Source: Escherichia phage vB_EcoM_PTE-Eco05. From it: DNA of 64,000 nucleotides. Positions 18,446 to 27,613 of this stretch are shown here, one piece after another. The DNA lies in the sequence record PQ306573.1. One strand, 5' to 3'. The translations under genes were made by a program, and so were the position numbers. The notes under the pieces are model-generated. The model was not told where the DNA came from and searched no databases. It worked only from the letters and a program-made list of their open reading frames with translations. How positions within the stretch are numbered: the first letter of the stretch is position 1; every line of letters starts with the position of its first letter.

Positions 18446-19468
18446 ATGGCTGAATGGATAGATAATGAATTTGCTTATCGTGCGTTTTCTCACCTACCTC
18501 GTTTTAGACAAATCAATAATTCAAGCACATTTAAATTAACATTTCGTTGTCCAGTTTGTGGCGACTCCCAGACAGATGCAATGAAAGCTCGCGGTTGGTA
18601 TTATGGCGGTACTCCTGGTAATGTACATTGCTATAACTGTCAATACCACAATACAATTTCCGGATACTTAAAGGAGTATGATGAAGAGCTTTATCGCGAA
18701 TATCTAATGGAAGTTCGTAAAGAAAAAGCTAGAATGGAACCAAAGATTGAAAAGGTTCCTGAACATAAACCAGAACCGGAGAAAAAGACTATAAATTCTT
18801 TGCCGTCTTGTTCTCGTCTGGACAAGTTGCCTGAAGAGCATCCTATTGTGAAATATGTTAAGTCTCGGTGTATTCCTAAAGAATCATGGAACAGATTATG
18901 GTTCACATTAGAATGGCCTAAATTGGTCAACAAGATTCAACCTGGTACGTATAAGAAAGAGATTCCCGAACCACGTTTAGTGATTCCTATTTTTAATAAA
19001 GATGGGAAGGCCGAGTCATTCCAAGGACGTGCACTTCGTAAAGATGCTCCTCAGAAATATATCACTATTAAAGCGTTTGAGTCTGCAACAAAAATTTATG
19101 GTGTTGAACGTGTTAAGGAAGGGGACGTCTGGGTAATGGAAGGCCCTATTGATAGTTTATTCATACCAAATGCAATCGCTATTACAGGCGGCTCGATAGA
19201 TTTAGATGTGGTACCATTTAAAGAACGTCGGGTATGGGTAATGGATAACGAACCTAGGCATCCGGATACTATAGCTCGCATGAAGCGATTAGTTGATGCA
19301 GGCGAACGTGTCATGTTCTGGGACCGAGCTCCATGGAGATCAAAGGATGTGAACGATATGGTAATGAAAGAAAATGCAACACCACAAGAAATTTTAGAAT
19401 ATATGAAACAGAATATTTCAAGTGGGTTGCATGCTAAAATGAGATTATCTCGTTATTCGAAGATTTAA
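18446..19468 (+). CDS. 61: DNA primase gp61
   Basis: 340 aa; N-terminal zinc ribbon CPVCGD...CYNCQYH; Toprim-like core; position after gene 41 region. Confidence 0.88.
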   Translation: MAEWIDNEFAYRAFSHLPRFRQINNSSTFKLTFRCPVCGDSQTDAMKARGWYYGGTPGNVHCYNCQYHNTISGYLKEYDEELYREYLMEVRKEKARMEPKIEKVPEHKPEPEKKTINSLPSCSRLDKLPEEHPIVKYVKSRCIPKESWNRLWFTLEWPKLVNKIQPGTYKKEIPEPRLVIPIFNKDGKAESFQGRALRKDAPQKYITIKAFESATKIYGVERVKEGDVWVMEGPIDSLFIPNAIAITGGSIDLDVVPFKERRVWVMDNEPRHPDTIARMKRLVDAGERVMFWDRAPWRSKDVNDMVMKENATPQEILEYMKQNISSGLHAKMRLSRYSKI

Positions 19469-19662
19469 ACAAGCCCTATAATAGCAAAGGCTAAATCAAC
19501 TACAGTATCCAATGGAACAGAAGGAACTATAATACCATGGGCAACTAACAATGGTGCAATCCCGAAGTTCCATGAAATAATGCCACCTACAACTATTGCA
19601 GCGATAGCAGTTTTCTTTTTATTGCCTTTAATAGCGTTGATTAACGATGGAAGTTTAAACAT
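19465..19662 (-). CDS. Small hydrophobic membrane protein (65 aa) on the opposite strand
   Basis: Strong RBS aaggagat 6 nt upstream on the minus strand; hydrophobic sequence. Confidence 0.45.
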   Translation of the reverse strand: MFKLPSLINAIKGNKKKTAIAAIVVGGIISWNFGIAPLLVAHGIIVPSVPLDTVVDLAFAIIGLV

Positions 19663-19751
19663 AATATCTCCTTAGTTACCTATTATTTATTACGCTTTAT
19701 AAAATTAATGTTAGAATTAAACTCTCTTATACTGAATTGAAAGGAAAAATA

Positions 19752-20273
19752 ATGGCGCACTTTAACGAATGTTCACAACTTATTTCTGGTGTTGATAAAG
19801 CAGAAGAAGCTTATTTTAATGCTCTGATTCACGAAGATAAAGACCCACTGCAGGTAATGCTTGATATGCAGAAATCTTTACAGGTTCGTCTGGCAAATGA
19901 CAAGCCTGAACATAACAAACATCCTGATGAATTAGCTACCGCCGGTGATGTTGTTGATTGGCTGCGTAATCAGAAAGATTATATTGATGATGAATTCCGT
20001 GAACTGCTGACTTCACTTGGCGGTATGAGCAATGGTGAAAAAGCTGCCAGCAGTGTATGGAAGCCATGGAAAGCACAACATGCTGAATATCGTAATCGTC
20101 GTATCGATGAACTGTCTCCTGAAGACCAGCTCGAAATTAAATTCGAAATGATTGATATTCTGCACTTCGTTCTGAACATGTTCCAAGGTCTGGGTCTTTC
20201 TGCTGAAGAAATCTTTAAACTGTATTACCTGAAAAACCAACACAACTTTGAACGCCAGGATAATGGTTACTGA
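19752..20273 (+). CDS. 56: dCTP pyrophosphatase gp56 (MazG-like)
   Basis: Track ORF 19737..20273 trimmed to ATG after aaggaaaaata; 173 aa; helical MazG-like sequence; T4-syntenic position. Confidence 0.75.
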   Translation: MAHFNECSQLISGVDKAEEAYFNALIHEDKDPLQVMLDMQKSLQVRLANDKPEHNKHPDELATAGDVVDWLRNQKDYIDDEFRELLTSLGGMSNGEKAASSVWKPWKAQHAEYRNRRIDELSPEDQLEIKFEMIDILHFVLNMFQGLGLSAEEIFKLYYLKNQHNFERQDNGY

Positions 20274-20279
20274 TTAAGT

Positions 20280-20287
20280 TATAAATA
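20280..20287 (+). promoter_or_regulatory. Late promoter TATAAATA upstream of soc
   Basis: Exact TATAAATA 32 nt upstream of the soc start codon. Confidence 0.5.
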
Positions 20288-20318
20288 CACCTGTAATTAA
20301 ACAACAAAGGAGTTAATT

Positions 20319-20555
20319 ATGGGTGGTTATGTAAACATCAAAACCTTTACGCGTCCTGCTGGTGAAGGTAAAGAAGTTAAAGGTATGGAAGTTTCTGTGC
20401 CGTTTGAGATTTATTCAAACGAACATCGGATTGCAGATTCTCATTACCAAATCTTTCCGTCAGAAAAGGCAGCTTATTCTGATGTCGTTTCTGATGCAGC
20501 AACTTGGAAAACTAAGAACGCTGCAATGTTTACCCCTACGCCAGTAAGTGGTTAA
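20319..20555 (+). CDS. soc: Small outer capsid protein Soc
   Basis: 78 aa; ...GYVNIKTF... resembles T4 Soc N-terminus as I recall it; late promoter upstream and strong terminator downstream. Confidence 0.6.
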   Translation: MGGYVNIKTFTRPAGEGKEVKGMEVSVPFEIYSNEHRIADSHYQIFPSEKAAYSDVVSDAATWKTKNAAMFTPTPVSG

Positions 20556-20562
20556 ATAATTT

Positions 20563-20591
20563 AAGGAATCCTTCGGGATTCCTTTTTTTTT
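20563..20591 (+). terminator. Rho-independent terminator (aaggaatcc ttcg ggattcctt followed by T8)
   Basis: 9-bp stem, UUCG loop and an 8-9 nt T tract seen directly. Confidence 0.85.
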
Positions 20592-20600
20592 GTTTCCACA

Positions 20601-20636
20601 GTTTACAACCACTAAAAACTGTGTTAAGATATTTTT
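20601..20636 (+). promoter_or_regulatory. Early-type promoter (GTTTACA, spacer, TAAGATAT)
   Basis: GTTTACA immediately after the terminator. Confidence 0.4.
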
Positions 20637-20658
20637 ACTTACTCAAGAGGAGAACAAT

Positions 20659-20886
20659 ATGTTAAATCGTTGGATTAAACCTAATAACACATTAGGTGCT
20701 TTGATTGCTCAAGAAGTTTCATTAAAGTACGGTCTTGGATACTATGATGATGTAGTCGTACACTCATTCATGATGGATGGTGAAGACGTCAAATTTAATG
20801 CCGAAATCCGTTGGGATGATGGTGGTGTTCGTTTTGTTCGAGGAACAATTAATGCTTACGATGCTGAAGAAATTGTTTGCTGTTAA
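20659..20886 (+). CDS. Hypothetical protein (75 aa)
   Basis: Track ORF 20590..20886 trimmed to ATG after agaggag RBS. Confidence 0.5.
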   Translation: MLNRWIKPNNTLGALIAQEVSLKYGLGYYDDVVVHSFMMDGEDVKFNAEIRWDDGGVRFVRGTINAYDAEEIVCC

Positions 20887-20901
20887 ACCAGGCGAAGGTA
20901 T

Positions 20902-21100
20902 GATGCCTATTCCTGATACACACGAAAAAAGTTGGGAATATATCGGTGACGGAATGATGGAAGAAGTTATTCGTCCAAAAACAAAACAGGTTAACGCTTC
21001 AAGCTCTTCAAGTTATAATCATTCATACGTATCGTCTTGGCCTGGTGATTCTGGGTCAAGTTATTCTGATTGTGGTTCAAGCTCAGGGAGCTGCGAATGA
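20902..21100 (+). CDS. Hypothetical Ser-rich small protein; start uncertain (alternative ATG at 20863)
   Basis: Open frame with Ser-rich C-terminus (NASSSSSYNHSYVSS...GSSSGSCE). Confidence 0.3.
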
Positions 21101-21276
21101 ACAAGATAGTTAAATGGTTTAAAAGCTGGAATGATGGAGTCGGACCAGAAGATTGGTTAGATGTTCTTGAAGAGAATATGGCTAAAGAATTCCAGAAACA
21201 TGAAGAAAAACTCGTCGAAGATGAAGGCGAACGTATTGTAAAACTTTATATGGGTGAACCATCGAGGAAATTATAA
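21097..21276 (+). CDS. Hypothetical small protein (59 aa)
   Basis: ATG overlapping upstream stop (ATGA). Confidence 0.35.
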   Translation: MNKIVKWFKSWNDGVGPEDWLDVLEENMAKEFQKHEEKLVEDEGERIVKLYMGEPSRKL

Positions 21277-21740
21277 TGGATGCTATGTTATTTAAAATGT
21301 ATTTGCTTGAAGCCAAGTCGTTTAAACATATACCAGTAGAAGATAAGACTCCACTAGAAATAGCTATTCTCATTAACAAAAGTCTAAATAATCCGCAATA
21401 TATCGTAGAAGAATTCTGCAAATTGCAGATTCCTAAAGGTTACAAAATTCGTGTAGAGCGAGTTGGAGCTATTACTCGTTCTAAAAATTCTCCGTTTAGT
21501 CTTGAAGAAGGCATAAAGGACTTAGGTTATGAATCTACGGAAAATGCCGTTTATGTGAATCCTGAAAAGCGTTTAGACTTGTTTGAAAAGCGAGACCACA
21601 AGTATTTTGCCAAAAAATACTTTATTACATCATTAGCAGATTTAATCCATTTGCAACGAGCTATTTGGAAATTTTTTAAGACAAAAGGTGTAGCGATAGA
21701 AACATTCTCCGAGCAGCCTAGTTTTTATTTAGGTGAATAA
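21276..21740 (+). CDS. Hypothetical protein (154 aa)
   Basis: ATG overlapping upstream stop (TAATG). Confidence 0.5.
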   Translation: MDAMLFKMYLLEAKSFKHIPVEDKTPLEIAILINKSLNNPQYIVEEFCKLQIPKGYKIRVERVGAITRSKNSPFSLEEGIKDLGYESTENAVYVNPEKRLDLFEKRDHKYFAKKYFITSLADLIHLQRAIWKFFKTKGVAIETFSEQPSFYLGE

Positions 21741-21741
21741 T

Positions 21742-21921
21742 ATGGACCTTATGAGTATGTTTGACGAGCCTGAAGTTGAGGCTCCTAAAGTTCATCGTAG
21801 TGAACTTGTTGATGAACTAGATAGTATTATACAACGACACGGCTTTAGTTTACCTGTTGAAGCCCTGAAAGACCTTGCCTCTTATTATGACGACCCTCCA
21901 CCATGGAGTCCTTGGAAATGA
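21742..21921 (+). CDS. Hypothetical small protein (59 aa)
   Basis: ATG after aggtgaataat RBS. Confidence 0.4.
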   Translation: MDLMSMFDEPEVEAPKVHRSELVDELDSIIQRHGFSLPVEALKDLASYYDDPPPWSPWK

Positions 21922-22082
21922 AAGAGAAATTTAAAGAGAAATTCTTACTAGAAATCAAGGAAAAAGACTTTGAGACATGGTATCGAATGGTGAAAGGGTT
22001 GACATTGCTTTTTAAAGCATCGTTATTCATGTTAGAACAACCTGGCCCTGATGGTCCTTTAGTAGGAAAGCTTAAAAAGTAG
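21918..22082 (+). CDS. Hypothetical small protein (54 aa), below ORF-track cutoff
   Basis: ATG overlapping upstream stop; uninterrupted frame up to the next promoter. Confidence 0.3.
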   Translation: MKEKFKEKFLLEIKEKDFETWYRMVKGLTLLFKASLFMLEQPGPDGPLVGKLKK

Positions 22083-22113
22083 TTTACATTCCCTCCTCTC
22101 GTGTTATGATAGG
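22082..22113 (+). promoter_or_regulatory. Early-type promoter (GTTTACA, spacer, TTATGATAGG)
   Basis: GTTTACA 55 nt upstream of ORF 22138. Confidence 0.45.
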
Positions 22114-22137
22114 CTTATCTTTAAATGGAGGTCTATC

Positions 22138-22719
22138 ATGATATGTCAATCTGAACTTCAAGAACGCGAATATCTCGCAGCACTAATTGATGATAAATTC
22201 ACTAAACAAGAACAAAACATTCTCTGGGCTTGCACCGATTCTAAGGAAGACCCGGATTTCCACTATGAATTAGACCATCTTGTTCGTAAGCATATGACTT
22301 CTACAGTACCAGTAGAACTCTACCGCGGTGTAACTCCAGAAGAAGTAGAACGTCTTTCACTTCTTTCTGTTGGATGCCATTGGTCTCCTGGACGAGTAAC
22401 ATCGTTCACAACTGATTTCAGTACAGCTCGTCAATTCTCTGGGAGTTGGGAATATCAGACGTATACTATTCTTAGTCTCAGGAATGCTCCATTCATTTTT
22501 GATTACTACCAAAACATGGTTAACATTGTACTCGCCGGAAAGAACCCTAAGCATGTTATAGAAGAAAAGCGTGTTGACGTCCTAGATATGATTGAATCTG
22601 AACAAGAGTACATGGTCTCAGGTATCTCTAGATTTGAGATTGTGGAAATTGAAGACTTAGAATATGACCCTTTATCTCGATTATACAAAATCATTCATTT
22701 GAAAATGTTGAATTTTTAG
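22138..22719 (+). CDS. Mono-ADP-ribosyltransferase (ModA/ModB-like), copy 1
   Basis: 193 aa; R-S-ExE architecture: YRG, S-T-A-R, and EQEYMVSG. Confidence 0.55.
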   Translation: MICQSELQEREYLAALIDDKFTKQEQNILWACTDSKEDPDFHYELDHLVRKHMTSTVPVELYRGVTPEEVERLSLLSVGCHWSPGRVTSFTTDFSTARQFSGSWEYQTYTILSLRNAPFIFDYYQNMVNIVLAGKNPKHVIEEKRVDVLDMIESEQEYMVSGISRFEIVEIEDLEYDPLSRLYKIIHLKMLNF

Positions 22720-22752
22720 TGTACAAACTCTTCCGATGATGATACTATAGAC
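22719..22752 (+). promoter_or_regulatory. Early-type promoter (GTGTACA, spacer, TACTATAGACC)
   Basis: Variant -35 with the conserved TATAGACCTATCA block. Confidence 0.4.
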
Positions 22753-22776
22753 CTATCAACCAGAGGAGAAACCAAA

Positions 22777-23385
22777 ATGTTTATGCCGTATAACGAGTGT
22801 GAAATTGAAGAAATGGTTCGTCGTGCTCAAAACCCCGAATATCAAGATGTATTGCAGTACGAAATTGATAGTCAATTCAACGATAATGAACAAAGCATCC
22901 TTTGGCAGTGTATGGAAAACAAGCCAGACTGTATTCAACAGGAGTTAAGTTCAATCGTTCGTAGAAATTGGACGTCTTCTGTTCCTGAGACAATGTATCG
23001 TGGAATCTCTAAGAAAACTATGGCCACACTCGATGATAAAGGCATTGGTAGTATTATTAAATTTGACAGAGTAATGAGCTTCAGCCCAGTGTTCGGTGTA
23101 GCACGTAACTTTGCTTCATATAATTTTTACGGAACATTTAATATGTTCTGCATCAAAGATGCGCCATTTGCTTTCAACTTCCGTGAACATATGCTTAACA
23201 TGATTCTGGCTGCGCCATCTTGTGAGTTCAATGGAGCTTTCCCTGAAGCGACAAGACGGTCTAATGCTAGACTTATATCTGACGAATGTGAATTTATGCT
23301 CCCTATAGGGACTACACTGCGTGTAGATTCTATTATTCAAGATGGACGTTATACAATCTGGAATCTGTCTATTGTCAGTTACTGA
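22777..23385 (+). CDS. Mono-ADP-ribosyltransferase (ModA/ModB-like), copy 2
   Basis: 202 aa; YRG ... FSPVFGVAR ... DECEFML pattern paralogous to the upstream ORF. Confidence 0.55.
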   Translation: MFMPYNECEIEEMVRRAQNPEYQDVLQYEIDSQFNDNEQSILWQCMENKPDCIQQELSSIVRRNWTSSVPETMYRGISKKTMATLDDKGIGSIIKFDRVMSFSPVFGVARNFASYNFYGTFNMFCIKDAPFAFNFREHMLNMILAAPSCEFNGAFPEATRRSNARLISDECEFMLPIGTTLRVDSIIQDGRYTIWNLSIVSY

Positions 23386-23459
23386 CTGAATTGGAATAAC
23401 CGGATGGAACTCAGAACCATTATAACACATAAAAAATTAAAGCATTTTACGAAAAAAGA

Positions 23460-23492
23460 GTGTACACTACCTGAGGGCATGATATTATAAGC
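23460..23492 (+). promoter_or_regulatory. Early-type promoter (TGTACAC, spacer, TATTATAAG)
   Basis: -35-like and -10 elements upstream of ORF 23538. Confidence 0.35.
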
Positions 23493-23537
23493 TTATCAAC
23501 TAAATGACCTAACGTCCGTAAGACAGAGGAAAATATT

Positions 23538-24284
23538 ATGTTATCAAATAATAAAATTAACAAAATCAATCGTCGTCTTGACCACACCAGAGCTTCTGCG
23601 AAGAGACGCTCTAAGGATTTTAACTTAGACTTTAATTACCTTAAAAACATTCTTGATCAAAAGGTCTGCGCTTACTCAGGTGAATCTTTTAATAACTCTG
23701 TTGAAGGTGAGAAATTATCCTTAGAACGTTTTAATAATGATATAGGCTACATTAAAGGTAATGTTATCCCGGTTAAGAAAAAATATAACACGGCTCGTTC
23801 TGATTTAACATTAGAAGAACTTATTGAGAAACGTGATGCCATTGCAAGACGTATCGCTAATCCTTCTGCCCGTAAAGTAGAGAAACTTAATCTCGATGAG
23901 AAGAAATGGGCCCAAATTAAAAAGGTTTATGGTACTATTTTAAAAATCCGAGCAAAACGTGAAAATCGTGTTAAGCATATGGCGAACATGATGAAAAATC
24001 AACCTTTATCTAACGAATCTAAACTTAGAATTGTTGCTTTGAAAGCACGCATTAATGGCTCGCATCAAGCAGAAGGCCATGAACTTACTAAACTCAACGT
24101 TCTTCTTAAAGGTTCTGACTGGAAAACTAAAACTAAATTAACTGACGCTGAATCGCTTTTCGATACATATGATAAAGTTATCCAAGGTCTGCAACGTTTT
24201 GAAAAGATTGGTTTCATTGGTAAATTAAAATTGAAACGCGGCTTACCACTTAGCGCATCATTATTCCAACTGATTAAAGGTTAA
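23538..24284 (+). CDS. Basic protein (248 aa), Srd-like by position and size
   Basis: Position between ADP-ribosyltransferases and dda matches T4 srd; identity not verified. Confidence 0.4.
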   Translation: MLSNNKINKINRRLDHTRASAKRRSKDFNLDFNYLKNILDQKVCAYSGESFNNSVEGEKLSLERFNNDIGYIKGNVIPVKKKYNTARSDLTLEELIEKRDAIARRIANPSARKVEKLNLDEKKWAQIKKVYGTILKIRAKRENRVKHMANMMKNQPLSNESKLRIVALKARINGSHQAEGHELTKLNVLLKGSDWKTKTKLTDAESLFDTYDKVIQGLQRFEKIGFIGKLKLKRGLPLSASLFQLIKG

Positions 24285-24286
24285 TT

Positions 24287-24598
24287 ATGGTTTATGTATA
24301 TGCAATAGTTTATCGAGATATGGAAGGATTTACTGTCCCGGTTCCACTTGATGAGCATCGTCCTGCAGTATTTTTTAGAAAGGATATTGCAGATAAAGTT
24401 TTCGATACTTTGAAAACACAGTATAAAACAGATTTAAAAATGGGAGTTCTAAGAATGGTCGAAACTCCGCGTAAGTTCTGGTTTAATAAGCTTGAAATGA
24501 AACACGTTAAACTAGATGCGGAGACGCAAAGATTGTATCAACGAATCCTGGACACAGGCCGTATTGTTAGTATTCCAATTGCAGGGACTTTACGATGA
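24287..24598 (+). CDS. Hypothetical protein (103 aa)
   Basis: ATG 3 nt after upstream stop; end overlaps dda start. Confidence 0.5.
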   Translation: MVYVYAIVYRDMEGFTVPVPLDEHRPAVFFRKDIADKVFDTLKTQYKTDLKMGVLRMVETPRKFWFNKLEMKHVKLDAETQRLYQRILDTGRIVSIPIAGTLR

Positions 24599-25908
24599 CA
24601 TTTGATGATTTGACTGAAGGCCAGAAAAACGCCTTCAACGTTGTTATGAACGCTATTAAAGAAAAGAAACATCATGTAACTATTAACGGGCCCGCTGGTA
24701 CAGGTAAAACAACCCTTACTAGATTCATCGTTGAAGCCCTTATTTCTTCTGGAGAATCAGGTATTATTTTAGCAGCCCCTACACATGCTGCTAAAAAGGT
24801 TCTAAGCAAACTTGCAGGTCAAGAAGCATCGACTATTCATAGCATTCTTAAAATCAACCCAACTACATACGAAGAAAACGTATTGTTTGAACAGAAAAAG
24901 GTTCCCGACTTAGCCTTGTGTCGTGTACTGTTATTTGATGAAGCGTCAATGTGCGACCGTCCTCTGTTTAAAATAATGTTAGCTAGTATCCCTAAATGGT
25001 GCACAGTAATTGGAATTGGTGACCGATGCCAGATTCGACCGGTAGACCCAGGCGAATCAACTGCGTATCTAAGTCCTTTCTTCACTCACAAAGACTTCGT
25101 GCAATGCAACCTTACAGATGTTAAACGTAGCAATGCACCAATTATTGATGTTGCGACTGATATTCGTAATGGCAAATGGATTTACGATAAAGTAGTTGAC
25201 GGCCACGGTGTTCATGGATATACAGACCTTAAATCGTATATGACGAACTATTTTAATGTCGTTAAAACTCCTGAAGACCTTTTCGAAAATCGAATGATGG
25301 CATTCACAAATAAGTCAGTGGACAAGTTAAATTCAATTATTCGCCGAAAACTTCTTGAAACAGAAAAACCATTTATTAAAGACGAAGTCATTGTTCTACA
25401 AGAGCCATTTACTAAGACATATAAGCTAGACGGTAAAAATATGACCGAAATGCTTTTCAATAATGGGCAATTCGTTCGTATTAGAGATGCTGTAGAAACG
25501 TCTACATTCGTTAAAGCACGTGGTGTTTCAGGCGAATATATGATACGATACTGGAATCTTACAGTAGAAACATATGGGGATGATGAAGAATACATCCGCG
25601 AAGATATAAAGGTTATTTCTTCTGAAGAAGAGCTTTATAAATTCAATTTGTTTTTGGCTAAGACCGCAGAAACATACAAATTCTGGAATAAAGGTGGTAA
25701 AGCTCCATGGAGCGAATTCTGGGATGCTAAACGTATGTTCACTAAGGTGAAGGCACTACCAGTATCAACCTTCCATAAGGCCCAGGGTATGTCTGTTGAC
25801 ACGGCCTTTGTTTATACACCGTGTATCCATTATGCCGATTCAGAACTAGCTAAACAGCTATTGTATGTCGGCACAACTCGTGGTCGTTTTGACGTCCATT
25901 TTATTTGA
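24595..25908 (+). CDS. dda: DNA helicase Dda (SF1B)
   Basis: 437 aa; Walker A GPAGTGKTT, DEASM Walker B. Confidence 0.85.
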   Translation: MTFDDLTEGQKNAFNVVMNAIKEKKHHVTINGPAGTGKTTLTRFIVEALISSGESGIILAAPTHAAKKVLSKLAGQEASTIHSILKINPTTYEENVLFEQKKVPDLALCRVLLFDEASMCDRPLFKIMLASIPKWCTVIGIGDRCQIRPVDPGESTAYLSPFFTHKDFVQCNLTDVKRSNAPIIDVATDIRNGKWIYDKVVDGHGVHGYTDLKSYMTNYFNVVKTPEDLFENRMMAFTNKSVDKLNSIIRRKLLETEKPFIKDEVIVLQEPFTKTYKLDGKNMTEMLFNNGQFVRIRDAVETSTFVKARGVSGEYMIRYWNLTVETYGDDEEYIREDIKVISSEEELYKFNLFLAKTAETYKFWNKGGKAPWSEFWDAKRMFTKVKALPVSTFHKAQGMSVDTAFVYTPCIHYADSELAKQLLYVGTTRGRFDVHFI

Positions 25909-25917
25909 GAGAAAATT

Positions 25918-26595
25918 ATGAGCACTGATGTTATTATAGATTTTGAAACATTCGGCAATACATCAAAAGCGGCTGTTATTGACCTTGCGGTTATTGCATA
26001 TAATTCCGACCCTGAAGTTGTTGAATCATTTGAAGAACTTGTTCAACGAGGTAAGCGAATTAAATTTAATTTAGCTTCTCAAAAAGGGAAGCGAGTTTTC
26101 GCTAAATCCACTATGAAATGGTGGAAAGAACAATCGGCTGAAGCGCGTAAAAACTTGGCTCCGTCTGAAGACGATGTCACTACGCTTGAAGGCATTAAAA
26201 TCTTTTTAGATTATTGTCGAGCTAATAAAGTTGACCAATGGAAATCACAGATGTGGTGCCGTGGTATGAGCTTTGACTTCCCAATCTTGGTCGATTTGAT
26301 TCGTGACCTCTATCGTGATGAAGGTGTTCTTGAACCAGAGATTGATACTGATAAATTAGAACCGGTTAAATTCTGGGCTCAACGCGATATTCGTACGGCA
26401 ATCGAAGCTTACTCGTTGACACGAGGATTAAGTATGTGTCCATTACCAATGGGTACGCTAAAAGGATTCGTTGCCCATGATAGTATTCACGATTGTGCTA
26501 AAGATATTTTGATGTTAAAATATGCTCAGCGTTATGCGCTTGGCCTTGAAGATGTCCCTGAGAATCCTGACCCGTTAAGTGTAAAACAGCGATAA
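25918..26595 (+). CDS. dexA: Exonuclease A (DexA), DEDD 3'-5' exonuclease
   Basis: 225 aa; N-terminal IIDFETFG exo motif I; position after dda. Confidence 0.8.
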   Translation: MSTDVIIDFETFGNTSKAAVIDLAVIAYNSDPEVVESFEELVQRGKRIKFNLASQKGKRVFAKSTMKWWKEQSAEARKNLAPSEDDVTTLEGIKIFLDYCRANKVDQWKSQMWCRGMSFDFPILVDLIRDLYRDEGVLEPEIDTDKLEPVKFWAQRDIRTAIEAYSLTRGLSMCPLPMGTLKGFVAHDSIHDCAKDILMLKYAQRYALGLEDVPENPDPLSVKQR

Positions 26596-26600
26596 AATCA

Positions 26601-26630
26601 GTTTACAACCAAGGATGGTTGGAGTATAAT
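26601..26630 (+). promoter_or_regulatory. Early-type promoter (GTTTACA, 17 bp, TATAAT)
   Basis: Near-consensus GTTTACA and TATAAT seen directly. Confidence 0.55.
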
Positions 26631-26660
26631 GAATTCAACTTAAACAAAGAGAGAAAAAAT

Positions 26661-27125
26661 ATGATTAATATTGGTGAAATTAAACGTGTATCGACAGCGT
26701 CTCGTTCTAAAGCTGCAGGAAAGCTGGTTGAAGTAGTAGGACTTCGTACTAATGGCATGGGCCGTATTAAAGAAGTTAAAGTTCGAATCATTCCTAGTTC
26801 TGGAAAAACTGAAACTCAGTTCGCCTATGTAAGTCCTAAATTCTTTGAAACTCGTGTAAGTGCCCACTTTGCTTCAAGCGATATCGTTGAGCCTACTACA
26901 CAGTTCAAATGGGCCCTTTGCAAAGGCGTTGAATTTATAACCGATAAAGAATTTGATTACATCGACGAATACGGCTATCCAAGCACAACTGATACCATGT
27001 GTGGCTTCATTAGTGACCAATGGGTTGAAGATGGTGAAAAGTTATACAATATCGTATTCTTAGGTGACTTCCGAGTTGTTAAAGAATCTGAAATCACTCG
27101 CTATGTGTCTCCTCGTAAAGCTTAA
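26661..27125 (+). CDS. Hypothetical protein, paralog A of a tandem pair
   Basis: Track ORF 26619..27125 trimmed to ATG after gagaaaaaat; shares SRSKxAGKLVEV and GFISDQWVEDGxKLYNIVF blocks with the next ORF. Confidence 0.55.
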   Translation: MINIGEIKRVSTASRSKAAGKLVEVVGLRTNGMGRIKEVKVRIIPSSGKTETQFAYVSPKFFETRVSAHFASSDIVEPTTQFKWALCKGVEFITDKEFDYIDEYGYPSTTDTMCGFISDQWVEDGEKLYNIVFLGDFRVVKESEITRYVSPRKA

Positions 27126-27134
27126 GGAATTATT

Positions 27135-27554
27135 ATGAATATTGTAAATCTCTCTACAGGTAATTACGTATATGTATCTGTTGCTTCTCGCTCTAAAGTT
27201 GCCGGGAAGTTGGTTGAAGTTCTTTCTGTGAGTGATCCGGTTTTTGGACGTAACGAAGTTAAAGTTCGTGATGCTAATGGTAATATTGGCTACGTCTCAA
27301 GCCAGTTCATTGAGCCAGAAGAACGTGCGTTCAAATGGAAACTGTGCAGGTCTGTTTTAGTTGTAAAAGACCATGAATTTACTATTGCTGCTGCAACTGA
27401 CGGGTCTCCATGGACAACGAATCAAGTTGCTGGTTTTATTTCGGACCAATGGGTAGAAGATGGTGTTAAGCTTTATAACATCGTTTTCGCTGGACAGTTC
27501 ATGGTAGTTCCTGAGTTCCAAATCAAAAAATATTGTCCAGCATCTTTTGCATAA
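27135..27554 (+). CDS. Hypothetical protein, paralog B of a tandem pair
   Basis: 139 aa; same conserved blocks as the upstream ORF. Confidence 0.55.
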   Translation: MNIVNLSTGNYVYVSVASRSKVAGKLVEVLSVSDPVFGRNEVKVRDANGNIGYVSSQFIEPEERAFKWKLCRSVLVVKDHEFTIAAATDGSPWTTNQVAGFISDQWVEDGVKLYNIVFAGQFMVVPEFQIKKYCPASFA

Positions 27555-27558
27555 AGTT

Positions 27559-27590
27559 GTTTACTTCTCCTCCGGTTTTGATATTATAAC
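27559..27590 (+). promoter_or_regulatory. Early-type promoter (GTTTAC, spacer, TATTATAAC); spacer ttctcctc complementary to downstream RBS gaggagaa
   Basis: Seen directly; 8-bp perfect complement between 27565..27572 and 27602..27609. Confidence 0.5.
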
Positions 27591-27613
27591 CATATCAACC
27601 AGAGGAGAATAAT

